Assembly (NCBI GenBank): GCA_054600435.1
Contig: BAAIJX010000007.1
Location: 620,001-684,000 of the forward strand
From: Neophaeotheca triangularis
Taxonomy: Eukaryota
Direction: 5' to 3'
DNA length: 64,000 bases
In this document: piece by piece, positions 49,903-61,613 of the stretch
Layout: each line of letters starts with the position of its first letter
Numbering within the stretch: position 1 is the stretch's first letter
Position numbers and translations under genes: made by a program
Notes under the pieces: model-generated
Databases searched by the model: none
What the model saw: only the letters and a program-made list of their open reading frames with translations
What the model was told of the DNA's origin: nothing

Positions 49903-50796
49903 ATGCAACGACTACCACTCTGCCGTTCCACCCTCACCCAGAGTTCATTCACAACCTCTACACTCCGTGCAATCCGACCAAGCTTCATCCGAAGCTTCAA
50001 ACAACCACTGATCCAGCAAACCAAACCAGTATCGAGAACCTACGCAACCATGGCCCAATCCCACGCCTGCTGCACCGTCCCGGCCGTTCAGACAGACGGC
50101 TACAACGGTAAAGGCGACTACATGACCATCGACGGCATGAAGACGTACGCAACCGGCCCTACCGACGCCAAACGCGGCATTCTCGTCGTCTACGACATCT
50201 TCGGCTTCTTCCCGCAAACCATCCAGGGCGCCGACATCCTCGCTACAGGCGATAAAGAGAAGCAATACCAGGTTTTCATGCCAGACTTTTTCGAGGGCAA
50301 GCCTGTCGATATCAAGGACTTTCCACCCCAGACGGACGAGCAGAAGAAGATGCTGGGCGATTTTTTCGCCGGTCCCGCCGCGCCGCCCAAGACGCTCGGC
50401 AGGATCCCAAAGGTTTTGGACGAGATTCAGAAGCAGCGCTCGGGCATTACTGAATGGGCCATCGTTGGGTTCTGCTGGGGCGGCAAGATCGTCAACTTGT
50501 CGAGCCAGCAGGGGACGGCTTTCAAGGCCGCGGCGGCCTGCCATCCTGCCATGGTTGACCCCAATGATGCTCCGGGCGTGACAATCCCATATGCCATGCT
50601 GCCGAGTATGGACGAAGACAAGGAGGCGGTGGGCAAGTGGCAGCAGGGCGTCAAGACCAAGAACGTTGTCGAGTGGTTCCCCGACCAAGTCCACGGTTGG
50701 ATGGCCGCGAGAGGCGACTTGAAGGACGACAAGGTCAAGAAGGAATACGAAAGGGGTTATAAGACCCTGCTCAACTTCTTCCACGAGCACATGTGA
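49903..50796 (+). CDS. Dienelactone hydrolase family protein with probable mitochondrial presequence
   Basis: YDIFG, MPDFF, GFCWGG nucleophile, HGWMAARG; R/S/T-rich, acid-free N-terminal 49 aa. Confidence 0.92.
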   Translation: MQRLPLCRSTLTQSSFTTSTLRAIRPSFIRSFKQPLIQQTKPVSRTYATMAQSHACCTVPAVQTDGYNGKGDYMTIDGMKTYATGPTDAKRGILVVYDIFGFFPQTIQGADILATGDKEKQYQVFMPDFFEGKPVDIKDFPPQTDEQKKMLGDFFAGPAAPPKTLGRIPKVLDEIQKQRSGITEWAIVGFCWGGKIVNLSSQQGTAFKAAAACHPAMVDPNDAPGVTIPYAMLPSMDEDKEAVGKWQQGVKTKNVVEWFPDQVHGWMAARGDLKDDKVKKEYERGYKTLLNFFHEHM

Positions 50797-52527
50797 GTAC
50801 TCCTGAGCGTTTTATGTGCTTTGAGTGAGAGAGGCCGAGGTTCCTGACAGTCATCGGCAGGTCGTAAGGATGAAGGTCGCTGACTGCAGCCACGATAGGA
50901 GCGCTGGTGAACCCTCAAAGCTGTAGATACACGTGCCGATATATATATAATGCTGAATGACTCGAACACGAACCAATTTCAGTTTTCCTGTCTCCAATCT
51001 ATGTATGCACATGAATCTTTTACCAGTAGGCTACTGGTACCTGCAGCGGCTGGTTAAGATGGCCTTCGCAAGGGAATCCTGTTTAGGCAGGTGTAATTGA
51101 CGTGCGTCCAGTACTATGCCAATCTATGGGCTATGACAAGCCCGACCGCTCGAGCTGCTAGATGTTACCGGCGCCTGCAGCCTTGTCTAGGAACCCTTCG
51201 TCGGGGAGGATCTCCATCGGATATGTATGATGTGCAGTACTGCAGCGTATTCAAAGTGGTACCTACCTAGGTAGTAGGTAGTTTTGATAGCACCTACCTA
51301 GCTACCCTATACCCGATACCTCTCCAATGGCTCGGACGGTTTGACAATTAGCTCGGGCAATCGGTACCTAGGTAGCTGTGAACGTAGAACTCGTGCGCGC
51401 CACGTGAGTACAGAGTACTTCCCCTGCCACGTCTGCACTCCTACGTATCAGCAGGGATCCGCTTGGGACTCACCGGCGATTGCAGTCCTACCCGCCGGGA
51501 GGGACGACTTCTACAGGCAGGCAGGCAGGCAGGCATGACGTGCAGTCTTATCAAAGTAGGCTACCTTAACCTTGCCGCATAGCCTATCTCCAACAGTTCG
51601 GACGTTCGAAGATCTGACTACAGCGGCTGGTTGCTTGGGACATCAAGACAAGCGCGCGCCACACGAGTACCTATCGCGCCATCTGCTTATCAGCAATGCG
51701 TGCGAGTGTCTTGCAGGAGCACAAGTAGCCTGTCTAGGCAGCTCGAGCTTGAGACGAGGCGATTCGCTGGCGATGAGGCTTCTCCTGTGCGCTGCGGTCT
51801 TTTGCCAGCCTTATCTCTTTGCTTCTCGAAGTTGATTTGTGCAGAGATAGAGGGATTGGTCCGCGGGTTGGTTTGGTGCTCGGTGCTTGAGCGTATCTGG
51901 CAAGCTGGGCATTTCGGGCAGCTAGATTGTCGAGAGCGAGGCGGAGGTATTTAGGTATGGAGCTCTGCCCTGTTGTTGCTCTTGTGCTACGTCCTTTTTC
52001 ATGTCGTCCTTTTGGCATCGTTTACTCGCCCTCCAGAGCGCACATTGAGGTGTCGTTGGTCAATCTTGGCACATCCCGGGGCTCGCCGGATACAGCTGAA
52101 GGAAGGCACGGCCTTATTCCAACGACAGGGCATGGCCGACATCAACAAACATCAACCTGGAAACGAGAACGGGCGGGAAATTATTCGAAGTATCCGGTGC
52201 CAACATTACCTTGGCCAACTTGGCCTTGCCTTCGGATGCCGGAACCACTCTCTTATCACCGATCTCGTCGCCAGTCGCAAAAAGGAGCACGCGAGCATGT
52301 CCGGGCGAAAGGAAAGCAAAGAGTCAAGTACCGAGATTATCATGCGGACCTATGAGGCTATGCGAGCCCAACTACTATGCCCACGCTTCATGTTGCTTTT
52401 GTCGCTACGCAGCTGGCGCTGATACCGGCAAACACCGCCGATAGCTGCTTACGGCCCGCATGCGGCATGCCCGGGTGCAGCACGGCAAGACGCTTGCCAA
52501 ACATCTCGTTCAGCTGGGCATACGAAA

Positions 52528-52580
52528 CTTCTGCTTTTGCTTTTGCTTCTGCTTCTGCTTCTTTTTTTCTTCTTTTTTTC
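52528..52580. repeat. (TTYTGC)n hexamer repeat with T-rich tail
   Basis: cttctgcttttgcttttgcttctgcttctgcttctttttttc. Confidence 0.7.
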
Positions 52581-55170
52581 GTTCTCCTTCCCGCGGCATG
52601 TTTCCTGCAGAAGTTTGCTGCTCAGCGGGACGGTTTGTTCGCTTCTCACGCCGAAGCTGCAAAAAACTACCGACTCGTTCGCTGCTTGGTGGATACAAGT
52701 TACTCCGTATACTACCAACTCCAGCCGGGACTCGCCCACATGCTAAAAAAGCGGCGCTGTGACCAAAGGCTTGCCAGGATGCATTATCCGCGGTGAAGCT
52801 GACTCGAGGCCCCCGTCGCAAGTTGTCGCAAGCACATCCTTGGAAGCTCGAGATAAGCCATTGCGCCGCCCGTTATTGGTCAAAAGCTTTCCCGTTCTCT
52901 AATTTTTGCATGTGACAGTCCGTAGCTTCCGACTTCAAGCACAGCTGTCGCACATGTCTAGCAAAGTAGCACCCTGGTCTTCAAGGCTTGGATCCCCATT
53001 TGCGCTTCGTAATAAAGATTCATGGCAATGACAAGCGGTGCCTAGTAAGTCAGTAACTACGGCAGCAGTTGAGGTGACAATGAGGCTGCAATGGAATAAT
53101 TATATGAGACAACGCCGGAAGTTATTGTTATTGTTATTTCAAGCTCCAGCAGCGGTGTGGACCCTTGATATTGAACGCCCTGCCCGAGCTTGCGGCGTTG
53201 CGTAGCGAGTGAATAATAATAATCAGTGTGATGCTGGGGAGACAACCTACTCTCCAGGGCGCTTTGATGGGGATGTGGCGGGTCCAGATCTCGGTGTCGT
53301 GTGCTCATCTTCTACTTACATCTAGAGTTCCAGACCGAGCTGGACGGCGTTTTCTCTGCCAGGCACCAGCGAGAAGTGCCCTTCGAACAAGCGAGGCGAG
53401 CAATTCGAGACGAGGGACTTCCGCAGATTCGGGCTGAAAAGATACCTTAGGCTTGCGATTCCAGGAAGCATCCGTACCGTCATCGGACGTTCGATGGCGA
53501 CCTGAATCTGCTGAGCATGCATGACTTTCCTTCTGCATGATTGATAGGCATCTCGAGACTGCTCGAGATAAGCGTTTCGCTGTCGCTGACTGTTGTGGTT
53601 ACAACTAGCATTCGGGAAAAGTAGGAAGGGCATCTTAAACCCCTCAGCGCTCGTGGCAGGTATCCACTACACTTGACTGCAATTTCTGGGTCCACCCTCA
53701 TCGGCCTTACTCAGGAGTAGGGATTCGGGAATAGTAAGCATCGCGAGGACTTTTGTGATGGTAATCAGACATTTGGCTTAAGTCGTTCACAGTGGACACC
53801 ACGGATTGCATAGCGTGTAGCATTCGAGGTCGAATCCTCTCACGAGCTCTGGGACGAATCTGATGACTCTGGACGTTCAGACAAAAGAATGACGCCAGCC
53901 TATAGTAATTCGACATGATCTTGCAGGCGCCAGTTGCGGCCATGCTTGACCTCTAAGGTACCTTACCTAGTATCCGGCGTCTAGCATCATCGACGGCGGG
54001 CCTCCCGCCAGAACAGGCGGACGGCGCAACCACACAACGGTCATCTTCTAGTAGCCACTACTGCTACCCTCATCCGCATTCGGACCCTGACAACGCTACA
54101 TGTTGGAAGACAGTAGTCTGGTACCCAACGCATCGGTCATGTCGGCCTAGAGTTTAAAGCATCCTACAGGCTACAGCCTATGGCCACAGCCAGCGTCGGT
54201 AGTTGTGTACAATTAAGTGGGAGCAGATTGCACGCGACAGCATCATTAGTGTTCTCTCTGCATCGGGGAGTTTTGGTACGATCTCAAGCCTGGAACATGC
54301 TCGCGTAAAAAGCAACAATTGATGATCTCTCGACGCTACCTTATGTAGGTAGGGTGTAGACGTGTCGAGGACCAACAGGGTGGGCAAGCAGTCATGCCGG
54401 CATACGCGGTAGACCATAGCTGAGTCTTTCGAGTAGTAGTGAGATGGAATCTCAAGCAAATGGTTGGCTCGCGTAGGTGCAGCGTGGGATGGAGTCAAGA
54501 ACAAAGGGTGGGGTCTTTCATCTCAAAACCAAGCACGAGTGCCAGAAGAGTGGACACCGAGGGCACGAACCTACCGACAGCCGCGCCGAACAATTACCAT
54601 CGCGCCCGCCGAGGATGCCCACCTCATAGAGTATCAGATCGACAAGACACACAGCAGACGTACGACTCGACGAGGTAGTAGCAACAGAGCAGAATTAATA
54701 ATTACCTGCCTAGGATACTGATCAGTGAGTCCCGTCCTGCCCAGCTGTGTCGTCAGGGCTGGCGTCAGTGTCAATATCCATTAATTATTGACGTGGGTGG
54801 GCTCTAGCAGATCTCGGAAGAAAGCAGCTCGACTGTTGGTCTCGTGCAGCTGCTCTAACTCTTTATTATTACCCGTCCGTCGAGCCTCGCGGCGGCGGCG
54901 GCATAGCGGGTACGCTTGTGAAGACTGTCGGCGCCAGACTAGGCACTACCACTGTCTGTGCCAGGCCTGTTCCTACTCCGGCTTGCCCAGTGCGGGCGCT
55001 TTTCGTTGCCCTCAACCTACATCGGCCTACAACTATATACCCACCGCCTGCACATGACGCTCCCGTGCGTCCGCTCAGTATTGCTACCGTCGCCTTTGGA
55101 GTAGTGAGCAGTCGTCCTTGCCTGGATATCGGTGTTGCCTCATCCGCACGCTCGATTCCAAAAGACCTCT

Positions 55171-58100
55171 ATGCTGCCTCGTGCTGGCGTTCCGAGAGAG
55201 TTGGTGCAGCGGGCCAAGGCGCAATATGGGGAGCGTGGGGGGGACATGGACGTGGACATGCATGCCCTCGAGTGGCAGCAACAGCACCAGCAACGGCCCA
55301 CTAGAGATCATCCCTTGGACACCGCCGTCTCTCATCCTATGGAGGGCAACGATCCAAGTACGCTGCATACCCTATCATCACCGCGGCACGTACACTTTCC
55401 ACCAGGCCATTTCGACAATAACGCCTCGGCATCCTCCTCAGCCATACAATCGCTTACGTCGGCGAGCACTCTGAGTACGCTGGAGAGCAAGCTGGACGTA
55501 TCGCCAAACGAAGCAGCGGCGCAAAAAGGACTATTGCGCGATTCATTCTTTGAGCAATGGAAAGACGATGCCACACCAAACGACACTGAAAACGCAGAAG
55601 AGATGCAACAAAAAGACCCCCTTGGCACGCAGATATGGAAGCTGTACAGTCGGACCAAAGGACAATTACCCAACTCCGAGCGATTGGAGAACCTGTCATG
55701 GCGCATGATGTCCATGAATCTGCGGCGCAAAGAGCTCGAGAGACAAGGGTATGACGGTGGTGCTCAACGCCCGGCGCAGTCCACCACTGACCCGTCCATG
55801 AACAATAGTCTTGAGCGCTCGCAAAAGCAGAACGCTCCTAGCGGCATCGCGCAGCTACGCAAAGCGTCGGATCAGGTGCCAAAGCAACAAGATCAGCAAC
55901 ACATGAATCTTGATGAGTTTATCGTTCCTTCATCGATTGGCACGCCTTCTGGAATATCACCCTCGCCCGCTTCTACCGTTGAGGCCGACGCATCCAACAA
56001 TGCCACTTCGGCGTCTGCGATACCCATCAAACAGCACCAACGGTTGAAGAACAACGACAACCACCTTGCGCGTGCGTCGGCGCCTTCAGTGCCGCCCACT
56101 GACCATACCCGGGGTCAACACGAGTTTGACTATGTCCCCCGAAGGGTAAGAAAGACAAGTATAGACGAGCGAAGGGTGAGTGCCGGCTATTGAATAGGAT
56201 GGTCTTCATAGCCATGAGGCTAACGTATTGCAGCCCCCTAAGCGGAAACCAGACGCATCGCCTCAAGTCCCTCCAGTGTCTAACAACGACGTAATGATGT
56301 CGCAAGACCCCGATCCAATGCTCCAGAACTATTCTTTAGGCGCGCTGGGCCAGGATCAATTTCAACCATACCAGAATAATGAGAACAACCTACCTTTCAA
56401 CCTCGACACCTTCAACCTAGAGAGCGATCCTGCCATCAACTCTGCGGGGCCCTACCAGCAATCGATGACCTTTTCTCCTGTCGGCTCGCCTATGATCAGC
56501 AATGGCCACTTTGGTAACATGTATGGTCAAGGCTCCATGGGACCCCAGCAAAGTAGTATGCAATACTACTCGCCAGAACCCTCTGCCTTCCCATCCACCG
56601 TTTCCACACCTCAGCCTATCCCCGAGAACGAACAAATCTTCTTCAGCGCACCCCCTTCGCACCACGGTTCCATGGCCAACTTTCAGCAACAGCATCACCA
56701 CCACCCCTCGCAAAGCTCGCTCCCTCAACAACAGCAATTCGTGTTCAATCCAAACAGCGACTCGATGTTCAGTAACTTGTCAGCGAGCCAGCCTGGTTCC
56801 TACAGTCAGCCATCGTTTCAGATGCCTGGCCCGCTTGACTCTCAAATCATGGGAGGGGACATGCAACAGCAGCATGGTATGCAAATGCCCCGTTCGGACG
56901 CAATGTTTACTTTTGGTGGCGACTCGGATAACGAGATGGATGATTTCCCTCCTTTCCAGGATCAAGGCATGATGGTGCAACAGCAGCAGCAGCCGCAACA
57001 AGCTTTCTCGCCCATGGATGATATGTCGAACGATATGCAAGCTGGTCATGGATGGGAAAACTCGCTCTCGAACCGGTTTGATGCGACTGCCGCGAGATAT
57101 CCTGGTGGTCCGCCTCGGAAAGGTGTGACGATCGGCCAGGCGGAAATGATTCCTTCCCAGAGCTGGGACCAGAGTTCCATGAGCCACGGATTCGGCTCTA
57201 CTGCTTCTGTCAGCGATATGAGGAACAGGGGCGGTGACCCTAGGACGAAGAAGATACCTCGCACGGCTTCGACGCCGAATGCAGCTGGAATGGGACATCA
57301 TAGCATGTTTTCCATCCGGCCGGAATCCTCGCCCGCGTCGCCCCACGAGTCAGGTTTCAGCTCCGCAGCCCCTTCAAGGCCTGGAAGTCCGCGACCAGGC
57401 GGTGACAATGGCGTACCGACTACTTGTACCAACTGCTTCACCCAGACCACACCCCTGTGGAGGCGGAACCCTGAAGGACATCCCCTTTGCAATGCATGCG
57501 GGCTTTTCCTCAAGCTGCATGGTGTGGTTCGGCCACTTAGCTTGAAAACGGATGTCATCAAAAAGCGTAACCGTGGTAGCGGGAATGCCCCTCCAGTCAG
57601 TGTTTCTTCTCGCTCGAAGAAGGCTGCCAGCCGGAAAAACTCGACGGCACAAGCTCCTGCCACTACCCCTGGCTCTACTGGTAAGAACGACGCAGCATCA
57701 CCGCAGTCGACAGCAGGCTCGGTGGGCACAGCAACCGCGGCGACAACGCCAACTAGTACAGGACCAGCCGAGAAGCCGCAAAAGACTGTCGTGGCGATAG
57801 CGCCTGGCCCCCCTAAGCCAAACCTCGCTCCAGCCGGTTCTGCACCCACACGCATGGTAGCTCCAAAACGCTCAAAGCGCCAGAGCAGAAGCACAAACGT
57901 CCAATCAGACGACCACGATGCAAGCAACGCCGATGAAAACATTGGCGTCAGATCTGGCGGAATGGCTAAAACCAACACTGTCCAATACGGCTCGCAACCT
58001 CGGCAAACGGCACCCAACACCCTCGCGCAGTCGTCAATGCAAGCGCCAATGGGGCCTCAAGGTGGGACACAGCATGCCCAGGGCCAACAGCCACAGGGCA

Positions 58101-58171
58101 TGCCACCGGGTGTCCCACAGAACATGATGAGTGGACCACAGGAATGGGAATGGCTCACCATGAGTTTGTGA
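55171..58171 (+). CDS. areA: GATA-type nitrogen regulator AreA/NIT2. Exons 55171-55748, 55809-56175, 56234-58171 (start codon uncertain)
   Basis: [99 protein letters not shown]-terminal EWEWLTMSL. Confidence 0.97.
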
Positions 58172-58755
58172 GCTCCTCAAACCCAGTTCAACTTTCTCCG
58201 AGAATGAAGGAGCACTTGCCTGCTAGCACGCTTTGCTCCCTAGTCTGGCTCGCCAAGCCCCCATACATCTTTGATACACTTTCCGGACGGATTTTGATGA
58301 TACCCAGATTATCAACGAGACTTTTTCTCAATTTGATTGGCTTAAGATGCGTGCGTGAGATTCCTCAGTACATAAACCGTTTCTCTTTCGTTGCGCTGGC
58401 GCTCTGGACTCGGACGGTCTGGGAGAGGTAGCGAGGCCGTTCGTTCAGGAGGCTCTATAGTGCGGATTCGTTTTTCTGCGTGTTTTTCTGCTTTGCTTGT
58501 TGGCTAGATTTCTTGACGAATGATTGATGAGGACCTTGGCGACATTTGTATAGAACTTTCGGGCAATGTCATTGGCTTGATTCGCGGCTTTCTTTTGTGA
58601 ATGTTACACTTGTTGTTGAAGTTTCAATCTATCGTCCCATGCACAAAGGTCTGTGCTCGCGTTTTCGATGCAACAACTCGAACTCTACTCCTAAGCCCAC
58701 GACGGTATTAAGTATTTACACCCTTCGACTGTAATTTTGCTTGGGTCCTGTCGTG

Positions 58756-61194
58756 ATGGAGAGCTCACACAATCCCTCGGAAGAGGCTCGATTGCAGGGC
58801 AATGCCGCTTGCAAAGATGGTCGCCTCAAAGAGGGTCAGTATAGCACAATCGAATGACACGCAAAATCGGGACCAATCTGACCTCCCATGAAGCTGTGAC
58901 TCTCTAACAACGAGCTGCGGATCTCGACCCATCGCAAGCATCCCCTCGGACGAATCTTTCGAGTGCTTACTACGAGCTCGGCGAGTATGAAAATTCGATA
59001 TCTGCTGCTGAGAAGGCTCAAGCACTGCTCGGAGATGATGAAAAGGCCAATGCCTCCCGAGAAAAGAGCTTGGTGAGACTAGTAAAGTGCCATATTCATC
59101 TTTTGCAGATGGATGAAGCTGAAGAAGCTCTTCAAAAACTGCCCCGCAACGGTGTTCGAAAGGACATTGCAAACCAAGGGGTGGTGCTGACATGTCTGTA
59201 CTACCTCTACCTAGCCCCAGTTGTGCCGCCGAATATCTACGGTCTGCTGCAAGAAAAGCTACAAATGGCGATCGATGCCCTCGAAGGCCGTGCCGATCTA
59301 CCTTCTTGGCTAGATGTACCCGCGATGTATAGATCTGGAATTCTTCGCATACTGAGAGAATGGCAAGGTGACGCTGCTTCCAAGTATTCCACTTGGGAGT
59401 CACGCAAAGCCGCAATGGTAAACGATGCACTGGATAGAATGGCCCTGCAGTAACAGCTTGGCCAAGACGGAGCTGAGAGTGGGCTAGTGAAGGGATGCGA
59501 AAAGGCAGAAGCGTTCTACAGGGCTACAGCCGTTTTGACCCTGCCGCTCTCATCAGATTCTAGTCGCGATGATGAGCTACAGACGGCTTTCAGGTCGTAC
59601 GACTTGGGAGCACCACAAATCGTAGACAGCGAAGCTTTGCGACTCGTGGACAGCCATTGGAAGCCCAACGTAAACATGATCGATCTCGAATGGCTTGACG
59701 ACCCCGAGGGGGAGTTGGAGATGGGACGAAGCCCTTTCCACTTTGCCGCTGACATGCTCGAGCAGGATCCAAAACGCGAACGCAAATCACTCTACAGCCA
59801 TTTTAGCTCGTTCTTCACCATGATTTCGATCAGCATTCTGAAGCTTGATCGTCGCTTCAGAGTTGAAGCGATAGCTGGCGAGATTACTGCTGTTCTCGAA
59901 CACATTCGGCACGGGGTTGTGGGGCACCGGCAAGCTGAGCAGAACAGTGGCAATGGTCCTCAATGCAACGCGGAGCTCGATCACAACAAGAGTGGTGACG
60001 GAGCGCAGGGTCGTCCGTCCCCGGCCAGCGAGACAGAAGGTCAGATTCTAAAGTACCCGCAACTGTACGATCGCATCCATCTCTCGAATATACCGGATTA
60101 CGTTGGAGGTAAGTAATCCGAGGTGACCCAACTGGACGGTTTGTGATCTGACCTTTCTACCAGGCACGCTGTTCACTTTCCTATACGCCCTGCCCGTCAC
60201 CAAACCTGACAAGTTCTCGTATGCCACCTCGACTTGTCTTCGCAACCCATCCCGGTGGCGCTAGCCGACACACTTTGACAACGAGTACATCGGGCTGTAC
60301 AAACCTTCTGAACTTCAAAAGCTCTTCCACGCGCGTTTGCTCGCGCCCCCTACGCAGACACTTCATGCCAATGGCGGAGTATTTGCGATGGACCCACACC
60401 CAGAAAGTACCCAATACCTTTGGAGAATTACTGCCGCGGTGTCGGTTAGAAACATGGCTCTACCGCTTCTTCCTCAAGACAGCCATCCCCTTCCCTCGAA
60501 CCCCAGCAGACCGACAACTGATTTACTCACCCCTAAACCTCACCGTCTTCTTCCGCCTCCTCGGCCACCTCCACAACATGGGCTACCTGGCCCACTGGCT
60601 CACCGAAATAGTCTCAACCCTCCTCAGCGGCGAAATCACCACAACCGCCCGCCCGCCTCGCTCCGAACCCCTCATGATTCGCGAAGTCAACACAAACTTC
60701 CCCTCAAGAAAACAATCCGTCGCCCCTTTTCTCGCGGAAATGCGCACGCTGGCGAGCATGTGGCAGCCCGCTCTGGCCTTTGGAGCCCTACTACCAGCCG
60801 TTCCCGACCCGAAAACCGTCCGCGAGTACCAGGTCCCCTGCCGCCACGTCATGGAAGACTGTTGCGGTACGCCATCCTTCGTGCTCGCGTTCTTCAAGGG
60901 CAGTCTCCTTTCCGCCCTGAAATATGTTACCATAAATTGTTGCTCGATGACGAGGAGAGCGATGGCTCGACCAAGTCGAAGAGGATACGGGAACAGGGCT
61001 TGCACATTGTGACTACATGGTCTTACGAGCAGGTTACGAAGGTGGCTACCTTTTGGCTCTGCGAGGATGTTATGCGGAAGATGCGGGGCGAATCCATGTG
61101 GGCTGTTGGCATTTGGAGGACGGATACGTGGGGATATCAGTCTCCGCCCACGGTTATCGAGGAGGTCAGAGAGACTGGACGGACGTGGGCGTGA
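58756..61194 (+). pseudogene. Disrupted TPR-repeat protein (possibly DUF4470 family)
   Basis: TPR-like start (ARLQGNAACK..NLSSAYYELGEY); YDRIHLSNIPDYVGG; PLNLTVFFRLL..GYLAHWL; GIWRTDTW. Introns 58835-58893 and 60109-60163 are intact, but there are in-frame stops at 58905, 59451 and 60262 and frame changes near 60350 and 60920. Confidence 0.8.
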
Positions 61195-61613
61195 CTATCG
61201 TGAGCGATGTTCTATACCTCGTGGAACTGGATGCAGGTATCTTGATCGTCGACCACCCCGTCACGGGTGGACACTGTGTAGTCGTATAAGCCGTTCAAAG
61301 GCATGACATCATGGGGAAGTCCCATAGGTACCTAGCGTGGGCAGCGTAATTGTAACCCTGATGTATTCGGTCTTCAGCATCGATGTCTCAGGATCTCGGT
61401 GTTGCCAATATAACACACCTTCTTTTCAATTGCTAGACTCAAAAGCAGCTGTCGAGTTTCCCAATGTCTGTGCACACCTTGATTGGCGAGGCTTTGCGGG
61501 GAATCTAGCGAAATGCTAACCACCAAGCAGCTTTTCTTGAACATCCGTGGACACAATTAGAACCAACTACAGCCCAGGATCTACTCATATAGATACCACT
61601 CGAGTATTACAAC

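Noticed and set aside
49945..50790. 281-aa antisense ORF over the hydrolase (similar shadows lie over other CDSs)
   Set aside because: Expected antisense shadow of GC3-rich codon usage; no independent motif.
51000..55000. GATA sites upstream of areA as an autoregulatory cluster
   Set aside because: Several HGATAR matches exist, but they are scattered over 4 kb and not clearly above chance.
61192..61203. TGA-CTA readthrough context at the pseudogene stop
   Set aside because: The extension is only two sense codons, gives no PTS1, and the gene is already disrupted.
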